Assembly (NCBI RefSeq): GCF_947568905.1
Contig: NC_079164.1
Location: forward strand, 3,472,001 to 3,536,000
Reading direction: 5' to 3'
Length of the DNA: 64,000 nt
From: Ostrea edulis
Taxonomy: Eukaryota
The notes under the pieces are model-generated. The model saw nothing but the letters and a program-made list of their open reading frames with translations. It had not been told where the DNA came from and did not search any database. Below, piece by piece: positions 1 to 12,751 of this stretch. The first letter of the stretch is position 1; each line of letters starts with the position of its first letter. The position numbers and the translations under genes are program-made.

Positions 1-21
1 TTTTTCATGTTTCAACAACAA

Positions 22-503
22 CCCCACGGGATCCGGGTTAGAATAGGTCCTCAGTACCCTTGCTTGTCGTAAGAGGTGACTAAATGGGGCATTCCTTCGG
101 ATAAGACCGCAAAAACCGAGGCCCTGTGTCACAGCAGGTGCCGCACGATAAAGATTCCTCCCTGCTCAATGGCTATAAGCGTTGAGCATATAGGCCTAAA
201 TTTTGCAGCCCTTCTGACCGGTAATTGTAACGTCTCCATATGAGTGAAATTCTGTAAACGTATTAATTTGGCGTGTACGATATTTGGCGAAAATCGTTTT
301 TTCAACAAGTTAGCGTAGATTTGATTTAACGCATTCCTGAATTACTTTAAACATCTAGATTTACGGATGGCATTTAGCGATGTACTTGATTTAGCGGAAG
401 CTGCGTTCCGCCAAAGTCGCTAAATAGAATACACAGCCAAATGTAATACATTTAGAGTATTATCAAGTGAAACGTAAAACAAGACTCAATTATCAATCAA
501 TCA
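22..503 (+). mobile_element. SINE-like repeat interrupted by a MITE
   Basis: Shares a body with 56376-56600 (tcgtaagagg(t/c)gactaaatggggc...cttcggataagaccgcaaaaac...ctccctgctcaatg...ctaaattttgcag...atgagtgaaa) and ends in a (caat)n tail near 490-503. Resemblance to bivalve tRNA-derived SINEs is from memory. Confidence 0.65.
250..459. mobile_element. MITE with about 30-bp imperfect TIRs, inserted in the SINE 3' end
   Basis: Left end ttctgtaaacgtattaatttggcgtgta matches the reverse complement of the right end (tactctaaatgtattacatttggctgtgta). Removing it rejoins the SINE (tgagtgaaat / ttatcaagtgaaacgtaaaac). Confidence 0.7.
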
Positions 504-1576
504 ACAAGTTGTTTGTTGAAAATTAACGTGATTTACGTACAAGTTACCTTGACAATTACAAGTATTGTTATCATTCTTTACTTTAATTTTTTTTATTATT
601 TTGATGGTAAATTCATCCAAATAAGACGTTTAGAATATCTACATCTAACATTAAATTTAATGTGACTTGCAAAAAGTCGACAAGCCCATCGGATTTCTTG
701 ATTTTTTATTTTCACTGACCTGACCTTAAAATTCACTGGTCTCCGTCTTCGGACCACTGAGTTTTCGTGAAAACTGTAAATTTCTTAATGTGCATAAGAA
801 AAGTACAAATTTTGCTGTACTATCAGAATTGGGGAAAGAACAAGGTAAGATTGTATACATAAAAAGGGCCAAAAATTTTCTCTCTATAAAATGTGTCCCA
901 GGAATTAACCTTAATAAGCGTTTTAAGAAAGTAAAATATATGCCAGGTATACTATGTCAACAAAATCAGAATGATATTCCTAAATGGATAGCATTATATA
1001 TGACATCATGAATAAGACATTTCCCACCTTTTTTTCAAAATAAGCCTGAAAACTCTCAAATGTCATACAGATTATTGCTCAGGAAAAGATGTGCCCATTT
1101 GTCGAGCAAAATAAAAATGATATATATTGTGTACTATTTCAAGATGAAAAACAAAATGAATTTGCTCGACGCATGCGCTGTATGTTTTCTGAAAAGAAAA
1201 CCACCTGAATTTGTGGATATTTTCATTGAAAATGACATTTTTGCAATTTTAAGCCAACTTCTAGCTCTCGTCATATGACACAAATCATTTTGCTGATCAA
1301 ACTGAGCGAATTTGGGGTTTGCTAATCCATTCCTTATTTGAATGCCAGAGTTTGAGCTCCAAGTAAACTCATATATATTTTGGACCAAATAACTTTAGAA
1401 ACTGTACCTACTTGTTTCCTCTAGATCAATATGATGTTTTGAAATCAATCATTTTGTTATTGGTACAGGCTTGAAATCCTAAATGAATTTAAACTACTTA
1501 AGGATGCTTATCTGTGTACATGTATTAATAAATCTTTGCATTTGAATAATAAACTGTCCTGGTACTCACAAGTAGG

Positions 1577-1610
<34 letters not shown>

Positions 1611-2026
1611 TCTGACACCTTAGCTCATGTCTAAAGAGTGTTCCTATATATTCGCATGTAAAACTTTGATCCCCTATTGTGGCCCCATCCTATCCCCAGG
1701 GGACATGATTTGAACAAACTTGAATCTGCACTATATCAGGAAGCTTTCAGGTAAATATCAGCTCTTATGGCCTAGTGGTTCCTGAGAAGATTTTTAAATG
1801 ACCCCAACCTATTTTTGTGATTATCTCCCCTTTGAAGGGGGCATGACCCTTCATTTGAACAAACTTAAAAGCCCTTCACACAAGGATGCTTTTCGCCAAG
1901 TTTAGTTATAACTGACCCAGTGGTTCTGGAGAAGAAGTTGAAAATGTAAAAAGTTTACAGACGGACAGACAGACAACAGGCAATCAGAAAAGCTCACTTG
2001 TGCTTTCAGCCCAGGTGAGCTAAAAA
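1577..2026 (+). mobile_element. Helentron-derived non-autonomous element (HINE)
   Basis: 5' acaagaggcccatgggccacatcgctcacctgag; (acag/acgg)n microsatellite near 1960-1978; 3' aaagctcacttg...aggtgagctaaaa hairpin. A reverse-strand relative lies at 27221-27518. Confidence 0.75.
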
Positions 2027-2126
2027 GTTTTTATTAGAATAAGTTAAAATTGGGTATCCATTCAGAGATTTAATAGTCAGTGTGAATTTCAGAAAATTCT
2101 GTGATAAATACACTGAAACCTGGAAC

Positions 2127-2785
2127 AACAATAGGTACTGTGAGCAATGCTCACTAAGAATACCCCCCGCTTACCCCAATCTCCCAAAGGGTGTTGATAA
2201 TAGGTATAAACTACCTCTTTTCTGAGTGTAAAAAACAAATGGCATGACAAACCGAACCATATTGCTACTTCAATGTCCAGTGCACGTAATCTTTGACCTT
2301 TTGACCCCAAAATCGATAGGGAACATCTTCATCCCATTGGTAGTCCATATGTATGATATAGTGACTGTAGTTGGAAAGGATAACACTTAAGAGCCCAGAA
2401 ACCATATTGCTACTTCAATGTCATGCAGTGCGCTTGACCTTTGACGTTTTGACCCCAAAATCGATAGGGAACATCTTCATCCCATGGGTAGTCCATATGT
2501 ATGATATGGTGACTGTAGGTGGAAAGGATAATGCTTTAGAGCCCGGAAACCATATTGCTACTTCGATGTCCAGTGTGCTTGACCTTTGACCTTTTGACCC
2601 CAAAATCGATAGGGAACATCTTCATCCCATGGGTAGTCCATATATATGATATGGTGACAGTAGGTGGAAAGGATAATGCTTTAGAGCCCGGAAACCATTG
2701 CGTCTACAGAAGGACGGACGGACAGACAACCCGATTCCAGTATATCCCCCCACCACCACCAACTTGTTGCAGGGGGGTATAATAA
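2127..2785 (+). mobile_element. pearl/HINE-like element with three internal tandem repeats of about 145-148 bp
   Basis: Repeat starts (accatattgctacttc) at 2256, 2401 and 2549, with a partial copy at 2694. 5' gtgagcaatgctcac hairpin, ggacggacggacagac microsatellite, 3' tatatccccc...ggggggtata palindrome. Confidence 0.75.
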
Positions 2786-2881
2786 TCAAAATAAATTGAT
2801 GGGAAACTGTGAACTTATTCTAAACTTAAGGAGCGCTTTGGTTTTGAGAACTTTCTTAATAATGTTAAAAATTTTAATATT

Positions 2882-3170
2882 AGAAGGTCTACTTGTAAAT
2901 TATGGATATCAGCTCAAAAGTTTATGACTGAAGTTCATAAATTCTGGTATTACTAGGAATGAACAATCTGTAACAACTGCAACTCGGGTTCATTAGGTGG
3001 GGAGATTTATTTTTTATCAAATGTGAAAAGTTTGTTGATGAAAGAGAATCTTTTTGCGATGTTTTAGAAAAAAAAACAGCAAAGAATTTTACTAGATTTA
3101 ATGATGAAAAAAACTTTATTTACATATTATGTCCTGAAGAGCCATCTATTTTAGAGATAACTGGAAAATT
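2882..3170 (+). pseudogene. Degenerate 3' end of a non-LTR retrotransposon ORF2 (CR1/L2-group style Cys-rich tail)
   Basis: Broken frames read RRSTCKLWISAQKFMTEV and ICNNCNSGSLGGEIYFFIKCEKFVDERESF. This resembles the RISxHxLxIExGR...ICxxC...EDExHFxxxC tail of invertebrate LINEs. Confidence 0.55.
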
Positions 3171-3661
3171 TAATTTGAACAATTTTTGACAGTGTTTACA
3201 TGTTATTTCTTTCTTTACTTATATTCTATAGGGATTTATCTACGTTGTTTTCTACCGGTAAAAGGCATGCAACTTTCCGTTTTGGCAACAAATGGATATT
3301 TCCCTCTCCACAGATAAAAAAGAAAACCTTCATTTGTAGAAACTTCACAAAATTGTATGAGAATTTTCAACAAAAATCATGTTCTAAGTCATTTTCTATA
3401 ATTGTCAGACTCTTACAATATAGATAAAATGAGTAATCAATCACTTTATATATATGGCTGTTATATTTAAATCTGTGGATATCATATTCCATGGATGTCC
3501 CCCATCCCCATCCCCTGGAAGCTCATGACTGCATTCTCAAAAATTCCCCATAAATATAAAATGGGTGGTAACATCTAAATGCTGGATGAAACCCTGATAT
3601 GTATATATGTACAGTATTTGTATGTTTTTTCATGCTGCCCCTTGACAGGTTGGGAACAATT

Positions 3662-3971
3662 CTCTTTAGCGAGAAAAATATATCCCGTGCAATGTTGAAT
3701 AAGTGCAACACACACTCAACACAAAGCGAATCGTTTAGATTATAATATTTACAACAGTCAAGAAATTTCATATCAATGTTACTGAGTAAGGGGGAGGAGG
3801 CTGAAATCCAATGGACATTGTGAGTGGTTTTTGGTTTGATTAAAATATTTGCAGATCGAAGTCTCGGACATTTTAGCACTTTTTCTTCTTTTCACGTAAA
3901 ACACAAAGAGACGTATACTCCACGAGTGCTTTTCCTCAGTTGTACGGGATATATTTACCCTTGCTAGAGAG
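3662..3971. repeat. Inverted repeat pair with about 31-bp arms, possible MITE
   Basis: 3662-3692 ctctttagcgagaaaaatatatcccgtgcaa versus the reverse complement of 3940-3971, ctctctagcaagggtaaatatatcccgtacaa. Confidence 0.55.
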
Positions 3972-6900
3972 GGATAATCGCATTTTAGGGGAAGTGTTTC
4001 CAACCTACTTGAGAGTCCTTCATTGGAAAAATAAATATGTTCTATCATAGCAAGTAAAGATATGTTTAGGCCAATTTTTTTTTAAAAAATTGGTTTACGG
4101 ATTCCAAAATATACAAATCCGTTCGAAGGAGGTAAAAAAAAAAAAATTCAAATGACAAAATGTTAAGTGATAAAAATGGACTTGATTTGAGGTCAATGTT
4201 TTATTATCAACTTTAATATTCTCTTCACTGTCAACTTAAGACGGTGATATATATAGCGACTATTGTGCACCTTGGCAACAAAGCCGTTTCCTTCAAAAAT
4301 GTTATTTGTTTATTAAATTAACTTTCTATCATTATCAAATGTCCATTGTTTACCGTTTGGTTAAGTAAATCCCAAAATAAAAGAACCACATTAATGTTTT
4401 TCCATTCAAAAGATGGCATCCATGACGTATATCACTCATTCTCATATAAAACAGCAAAACCATGTCGCCAGTATTTATAGTTTAATCGTGAACATAATAT
4501 AGCAAATACCGCATTCATTTGGCGAGAAAATTTCTGAGGAAGATATAAAAACAAATTTAAAAAATCAAAAGAACTACATTTCAGCATGAATTTATTAAGA
4601 ACGGGAGTCCAAAGTACAAAAGTACTACGAAAACCCCTTGTCGTCATTTGAGTGGTTCATGTTCAAGTCCAGGTTATAAAAATAAACGTCACATATTCGG
4701 GTCAAACAGTGTGTGTTTACGTAAGATTGGAATGGATAGTTGAATTTGTAATGAAGTTTGGTACGTTATAAGTAACTCCAAATTAATAAAGGACTGATGA
4801 ACTTTGTCGCCAAATCACATGTAATCAACGAGTCCAATGTACTTCTGAAAAATTCAATATACTTTATGCTTCAGAAAGAGGCAGAATATATTCTTATCAG
4901 TTATATATTTTCTATTTTATTTGATATCATAAACATTTCCATCAAGCTGTTAACAATAAAAAAGTTACTAAACCGAGAATCCACAAAAGTCAGTATGCTG
5001 GGTTAAGAAAGTAATCATACGGGACGGGCCTACAGGGCATACTACTTGGAAGTGATACAATTTACTTGTGTTTGTTTTTTCTTTAGATCGTTTAGAAATT
5101 AAAAAATCAAAATTCACTTTGATATAAACAAAAAATATGGAAATTGAACAGTTTTATGTTGAGAAAAGTAATATACGGGACGTAATCTACGAGTCCTAAT
5201 TTTAGTATAGCTATATTCCATCAAGAATATCTATTTTAAAAATTACATCGAGATCGGGAGCTTTTAAATTTTTAAAAACATGCGTGTTTATTACGTCATA
5301 CGGCCAAGAAGTCTACAAAAAAGTTGAAAGGCGGGACGATGTTGTATTCAAAGCCAAAGGATAATTTCTGACTGTATTATATTATCATATTTATTTATTT
5401 GTGTATCTAAACAGAAAATTGTCTTATTATGCAATAATGTGATTTATTCATATTGTATGGAACACTATTTGTCGGTCGAATAGGCATGCAGATGTAAACG
5501 AAATGGCATTGTCATTATGTCACGTGAATTACGGCTCTGCCTCGTAAATTACCTTAATGTTTATGGTTTCCATTTTTAGATTAGTTTTTATTTAGGACTG
5601 TGTATGGTCTAATCATGTTTTATTTTAATTTATAATATAACAAATTAATGACTGGATAATAAAAAGCTTTGATTATATGAGACGATTATTCCCTGTTAAT
5701 GTCTGACTTAGAGGTATACGGACATCTTTAACAACAAAATCTATTCTACACAAGATACTTTATTTTCTGCATGTAATTAAATGATTTCACGTTTTAATAG
5801 ATCTATTTGACTTATTGATATACAGACGTTTATCAAATCTGGTTTACTTCCTGCAAAAAGATCTCCAATAAAGAAAGTAAATCTATCAGTTTTTTGTCCC
5901 GTAAATTACAGAAAATTATTTTTCTGTATTAAAAGTAGATTTGTAAAATTTGTACTCTTCAATGTCTATATATAGTATAAGAATGATTATTACTTGCAAA
6001 AATACATAATATACTATTTGATTTACTATCTAAAAGTTCCAAAATAAAATATTTTGATGATTTAATCAGACATCGACTCGTAAATTACAGATGGCGAAAT
6101 CAAAGTCATACACCTTTACTGAATGTTTCAGAGATATGCTATACATTTTATCATTTAAAATTCGGGAAGCAAAAGTATTGAAGAGTGTATGAAAAGAATT
6201 CTTTGTAAGTAAACTATTTCATTATCTATTCTAAAAATTTGTGCAAAGTTTAGACAAAACATATTTCTTTTGAAATAATTTTCATGATTACAAAAGAATT
6301 AGATATTAATACATGTGTCATTGAATGTTGGTTTATGTTGATTTGATTGCATAGTTTAAAATGTTGTCTTTTGATTTCATTAAAACATTTTCACATCTTA
6401 TATTGGGTTTTCTTCCTATATCATGCTAAATACAATACAAAATGGCCTCGTAAATTACTTCTGGCATTTTATAGTACTCCATTTTAGAAACCATAACTTT
6501 TTTTCTGTTCGTCCTGAGCTGCAGATCTTTTTAGTAAGAATCTACGATATAATCAGCAACACATAAAAATAATAGAAATTAACATTCTACAAAGTTTATT
6601 TTTCAACTTTTCAAAGTTTCAATTTGCTGTTTTATATGAGAATCAGTGATATAGGTACGTACTAATCACTTAGCACCTTAAGTACTAAAATCCTGACTGA
6701 CCTTACCAAGCATATATTTTGTCTAAAAATTTACTTTTAAGTTTAAAGTCTTATTTATGAAGTCAAGTACGTAAAGTTATAAATAAAATTATGAACCCTA
6801 TAAACATTTATTAAAAACGTATGCATGGTAAGATCAGGTAGGGTTATACATGTCGACCAATACAGATGTGTGTCTTCAATATCAATTATATTTCAGATGC

Positions 6901-7913
6901 GTTTGCTATAAAATCAATCTTACCGCCTCCTTTTTTCTACTTCTTCACAGTTGTTGTCGACATTCCATCGTAACTACTCGGCTATTTCTCTAACTTGTCA
7001 GCACAGCCTGCGTCTACTAGATGGCGGGCCGTGTTTACAAACACCACTCGGTACACCTCGCGCCACCTCGCGCGATTTACCGGGCCGACACAGAAACAGT
7101 AAATGAAACAGCAAAAAATATAGACAAAATTTACAAATTTTTGGCGATTAATTTTATTACAAAGACATTGCTTAGTCTCGGGATCATCCGAAGGGTCTCG
7201 GGATTATTCGCGGACCAATCACACGGCGCGTACAACAAATTCGTACTCTGTGACCTCCTTTTAGGCTGCCACTGAAAGAGATGAAGCCCTCTCCGATCAA
7301 TGCACGCAAGATTGTGTCAAATAAAAGAGATGAGATGGGTTTTGAGTTGAAGAGACTTGTAGTATGACATCTCTCCGACCTGCCGCTCGTCAAAATTCCT
7401 TAGGTAACGCTGTAATTACTTGGAAAATGTGTCCGGAAACGGGGACCCCCTGTTTGTTTACAAATTTTTGTTTCTTACCTGGCGTTGTGTATTTTATTAT
7501 ACCGGTAGAAGGCCAATCTTTAAAGCTTACAAAAAGCGTGAAACGATTACAGGAATCGAAAGAGGGATGAGATAGACTGGGAATTCATACATTTCAGAGA
7601 AATTATTGCCACCAAAAAAAAATTATGAAAAGGGGGGGGGGATAGTAATATCCATACTTCAGTCTGCAGAGCTTGCGTTTTCCTAAAACAACCTATAACT
7701 TCAATGAAACATTCTAATCTGCAAATCTTAGTGGTTACTTTAATGTGTATTTTTTAACGACTGTTATAATTTTATCAACTTACATGTTTGAAAAAACTAT
7801 TTCTCACAGAAATCACACATGTATACTTGCATCAGGCAATTGAAATGGTTATGACTAGATGATATCCCTCAAAAGCAGGTGACCCACGAGTTACTTGCCC
7901 CTGATCATAGAAG

Positions 7914-8423
7914 ATACATGAAGTCGAAAGTAAGTATAGCTCTGTGGACAGTATCACTATGACTATACAACGCTGACAATATTAAACGGTATTTGGTAGT
8001 TGGATGGGTTTTTTTTTTATTTTCATAGATAAAACAGTATGGGAAAATAGCAGCTAAAGTAATACTCGTTATTCACACCGCGGCCATTTCGAATCGAAAA
8101 CGAGGCTCGGAACGCAAACAATGGAATCCAGCACTATCAGCACTAAGTCAGCTTGGAGTAAAAACCTTCAACATGTCCCTCATATTACTCAGGATAAAGT
8201 GGAGAAGTGGGCAAATGAGACTGCCAAAATCCCTAGATCCAAACAACAGAAGGGTTACGGCAACTTTATAGAAGGTTTTATACATGAAGTCGAAAGTAAG
8301 TATAGCTCTGTGGACAGTATCACTATGACTATACAACGCTGACAATATTAAACGGTATTTGGTAGTTGGATGGGTTTTTTTTTTATTTTCATAGATAAAA
8401 CAGTATGGGAAAATAGCAGCTAA
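7914..8423 (+). repeat. Exact 144-bp direct duplication (7914-8057 = 8280-8423)
   Basis: atacatgaagtcgaaagtaagt...gggaaaatagcagctaa appears twice at an offset of 366 bp, including the same T10 run. Confidence 0.93.
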
Positions 8424-11400
8424 GTGACTATGAATATTCGTGGATTATGATTTTAAAGTTCTAAATACACTTTTATTTGTTGCTGATTTCGACCGAATTT
8501 CCTCTATATATCAGCTGTTTATCAGGAAATAAGAATTTAGCTGGAATTACTTTTCCTATAATTATGCTACATGTATAGTATATATTCATTGTATCTTACT
8601 TGCTTAAGATATCGAGTAATGGAGTATAAAATCAGTGGAGAATTAGGATTTTATATCATTTTGTCTCTTGCTTTAGTACAAACATGTGAGGATGTAGTGC
8701 GTGTCAGAGCCAAGGCATTCCCATCGATGAAAAAAAATAATCCACCATATAAGTTAATGGTTCGCTAGTTCAATAGTTTAATTGTTGGTTGTTTCATTTA
8801 GTTCACATTGATTTTAAGTATTTGTTTGTTTGTTTTTTGGAAAGGGAGGGGGTAGTTTTGTGTATGTGTGTTTCTTTGTTTCACTATTGCAGACCAGAGG
8901 TATGTTTTAAAGGGAAAAAAATTATTTGAATTATTCAAAACATGTCCAGCAGTCATGAATAATAAGTTTCAAATAATTGCAGAATAGTCAACCATTTTTC
9001 AATTTACTTGAAAAATACATATAAAAATTTGTGATATTTGCTTATTTTGACATGCCATTAAATTAAAATGCCGATGGTCATTTCATTTTCAATTGTAATT
9101 GATTTATTATTTTTTCCCTTTTGAAAGTTTGCTTATTGATCCTAATATTTATGTACAAAACACAAACAGATAGGGAGGTTCAATGATATGATATGAATAT
9201 TTTGTGTAATATGGTAATAAGCCAAATGTTAAATTTAAACTAGGGGGCTATATACATGAACCCCTGATACACTGCAGGAAAAATATTGGTTAATTGTGAT
9301 AGATGTATTGTTATTGTTCATTTCTAATGTGTTTTAGTACAGATTGACAAAAAAAATTAAAATTATATAAAAACATTTTTTCTTTTGCAGGTTGAGTTTT
9401 GTCGAACGTCTTCAGGCATATTGCTTTCACAATGTGAATGTAAAGCTGGGAATGGGCACTGTAGTCATAGTGTAGGATTATTGTACCTTTTGTGCCACTA
9501 TTTAAGGTATCCATTATCAAATTTCTCACATTATATTCTTATTTTTTTGTAATTTATCAGTTTTAAGAAACATACTGTATTTATAATTTAAGTTCATAAT
9601 TATATATTCTAAATGACTTTCATTTCTAAAATCTTGAAAAACATGTTTAAGTTAATGCTAAAGTAAAGAAGCCATACTGCAGACAAATGATGATATTTTA
9701 AAAATTATTAAGCTAGTAATAAGGCCATTTTTATTACACTTATAAGCTACAGAACAATGCATAAGATTTAGTTTTTAGTGCACATGAGCTTAAAGCTCAA
9801 GTGAGGTTTTTTGATCACTTTGTCTGGTGTCCGTCTGTAAACTTACAGCATGGCCATGAATACTCATATTATTATGCATGCATCCCCAGGTAGTGCAGGT
9901 TCAAGTGTTCTCAATCTGACTCGATAATACACGATTAAACAGGATATTGTCATAATTGGTTTGATTACTATTTAATCCGGTTTAGTTAAGTTGCATAATT
10001 TGCATAAAGTTTATGCCTAATCCATGCTTGATATATAACACCTTTTTTTATTCCTATGAGGATATGCAAAGTTTACAGCTTACATAGGCAAGATGATGTT
10101 TGACCATGTGACCTTTGCCTAGGAGTTTGAACCAAATTTTAAAACTTTAACTTTTCTCTTAACTTCTGAATTGTGAGTGATAAATCTTTTTTTATTTTGT
10201 GTATACATCCAACGTGACAAAACCTTTCTTTTGGTACCAGATTTTTAAAAAAAAAAATCACAATAGCTGTACAACAGCAGGGCCAAGATGACTTGTATGA
10301 GCTATGTGACCCATGAACTTCTTGTTAAAAATCTAATCCTCAACAAAATAATTTGGCTTTTTATATACTTATTATATAGACTTGGTCTGAAGGCTGTACC
10401 ACCAATGCAAAGTAAAACGTCTTTACCGCAGACCTGGCATGTTCCCCAGAGAATCGAGGGTTTGGAACCAAAACCAGTACATAGTTTAGAAATATGCAAG
10501 GTATTTTTTTTATGATTCAAATTTATTTGCATGAAGGATTTCTTAGTCTTGTCCACTGAAAGGGGGGGGGGGATACGACAACCAGACTTGAAACTATAAT
10601 CATCTCCAAATTCTTTTTTCATTTAAAAATTACCTGTTTACACTCCACACCTGCAAATACTGGACCATTGAATCCAAGTCTACATAATTATAATATGAGC
10701 TGTCTTGGTGAATGGTGATTGTTATTAAAATTAAGATTGCTGATGTAAATAACTATATATATATATACGTATACTATATGTGATGCTGAGATATTAAAAG
10801 AAAACCCCCTATTTTCTCTACATTCAATACTGAGTCTGTAAAGGTCAAACAAACAATTTTGAAAACTAATGCCTAAATAAACAGATAAATTGTTGTTCTT
10901 TGATAAATTTCATATGTTCCCTCCATAATTTTACAGGTGAATCCTAAAAAGCAACCACCTAAGAAGAAAAGGCGGGTCACTGAAGGTGTCCTTCCAAACA
11001 TATACTGTCCGGTTAAAACGATTCCGTGTGTACAGTTTAAGACGACATTACTTGAGCAGCTCACAGCCATGAAGAGCGATGCACAGATTTTACGCATTTT
11101 ATCTACCGACAGTTCAAGTGAAACAGAGTCTCTATCTAAGTTTGGACCAGTACCCAAAGGATCTGTGCTTTCTTATCAACAAAAACCACATACCTCTGTT
11201 GATGATATAATAAACCACAATGAACAGCAAGAATTCCCTGATTTATTACTTCCAGAACAGCCTCGTCATTATAACAGAGTGTTGAACAATGCAGAACATG
11301 ATGTTTTCATGGGCATGCACATTGATCGTCCTCATGCGTTGGAATTGGAGGAACAAACGCGATTGCAGAGTGTCACTAAGTTATGGCACAACATTCGTCG

Positions 11401-11959
11401 GCATAGGATGACCTCGACAATGTTTAAGGACATATGTGCAAGGAGGGCAGATCATGAGAAGTTAGCTGTGCGTCTTTTAAAATCCAAAAATATACAGACT
11501 GTTGCTATGAAATTTGGCTTGCAAAATGAACCTGAAGCAGCAAAATTATATTCCGATATAACTGGAAATAATGTGTACTTGTGTGGCTTTGTTATAAACC
11601 CAAGTTCTCCGCATCTTGGAGCATCACCAGACAGAAAGATATATGACCCAAATTCTGCATCACAGTATGGACTTCTAGAGATCAAATGTCTGGACAAAGA
11701 TTCTTTTCAAGAATGCGCGTACCTTAAAAGGACCAATGATGGGACATACAAACTCAAGCATTCTCATCAATATTACTACCAAGTGATGGGACAGATGGCA
11801 CTTACTGGGCTCCATTGGTGCGACTTTTTTGTGAAATGTAGACAGGATTACCATAAAGAGAGAATAAACTTTAATGAAGAGAAGTGGGAAGAAATCAAGT
11901 TGTCTCTGGACAGATTTTACTTTGATTATTTCTTGCCCGAAATTCTCAGAATGATGTAA
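8121..11959 (+). CDS. SWIM zinc finger + YqaJ (lambda-exonuclease-like) protein, 5 exons, 505 aa
   Basis: Exons 8121-8295, 8677-8759, 9391-9506, 10380-10500 and 10937-11959; all GT-AG, phases 1,0,2,0 consistent. SWIM motif CECKAGNGHCSH; SKTSLPQTWHVP; YqaJ motifs MTST, FGLQNE, LGASPD, LLEIKC, YYYQVMGQM. Confidence 0.9.
9772..10326 (-). mobile_element. HINE-like element in intron 3 of the YqaJ gene
   Basis: Reverse-oriented HINE ends: tttttagtgcacatgagcttaaagctcaagtgag...tgtccgtctgtaaac at the left and gacccatgaacttcttgtt at the right. Confidence 0.6.
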
Positions 11960-12675
11960 ATGCATTTATTACTTAACATCGATGTCAGTAATTGCTGCTC
12001 AGAATTTATTGAACATAACAGTATACAATACTTCATAGTGATTTTTGTAATCTTGATGTTGCCAGAATTGCTTTTACCTCTATAATTGGTATATGTAATT
12101 TAATTTCAGCAAGGCTGAGGAATATATATCATGAGACAACTTGCTATAGTACACTGTATTCCAATAAATATATACCTCTGTAATTTTCGTAATTATAATG
12201 GTCATTGCTTATCAACATAAAATTCAAATTTGCCTCAATGTAATCTACTCATAAATAAAAACTTTTTATTTCTTCAAATATTTATTTTATATCACATGAA
12301 TAAGTTGTACACATGTAAATGTATGTGCACTGAAAACGTGTACTGCTATACAATCATAAGTTTATAATTGTACTGATAACAAATTGACAATACTCATTGA
12401 AGACATCATAGAGACATCTCTATAAAACACTCTGTAAAAATGACATATTAAATGTATTTTTTTTTAAACCCAGGTACTTTAGAATTTCACATGTATATAT
12501 TCAATGTTTTTATAACAGCTATAATGTACAAGGTCTGAAAAATGTCAAGTAAAAGCTGTGAGAGGAGTTGATTGCACAAAGTAGATACCTATTACAGGGA
12601 AGCCCACCCGCCATTCACCATACTATAAGACAGATGCACGTGTGCAACTCGGTCAAACATTAAACAGTATTATTG

Positions 12676-12716
12676 GAGTTGTGAGATTGATCACTGTTCG
12701 TTATCTTCACCTTTCA
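12676..12716 (+). mobile_element. Short terminal stub of the Penelope-like repeat
   Basis: ggagttgtgagattgatcactgttcgttatcttcacctttca matches the ends of the 34262-34777 and 46231-47127 copies. Confidence 0.5.
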
Positions 12717-12751
12717 TTAATAAGATTCCTAGTGCACGTAATCACATTTAA

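Noticed and set aside
3523-4048. Two overlapping minus-strand ORFs as a frameshifted gene
   Set aside because: No recognisable domain or splice support, and they overlap an inverted repeat.
4990-6690. piggyBac or Kolobok element bounded by TTAA (5003-5006, about 6678)
   Set aside because: The sequences inside the two TTAA sites are not inverted repeats of each other.
6900-7450. GC-richer promoter-like segment (agatggcgg, ccaatca, a minus-strand splice donor) as a gene start
   Set aside because: No downstream exons could be linked and no matching element end was found.
10937-11959. Prophage or bacterial contamination suggested by the YqaJ viral recombinase
   Set aside because: The ORF is the last exon of a spliced gene paired with a THAP transposase.
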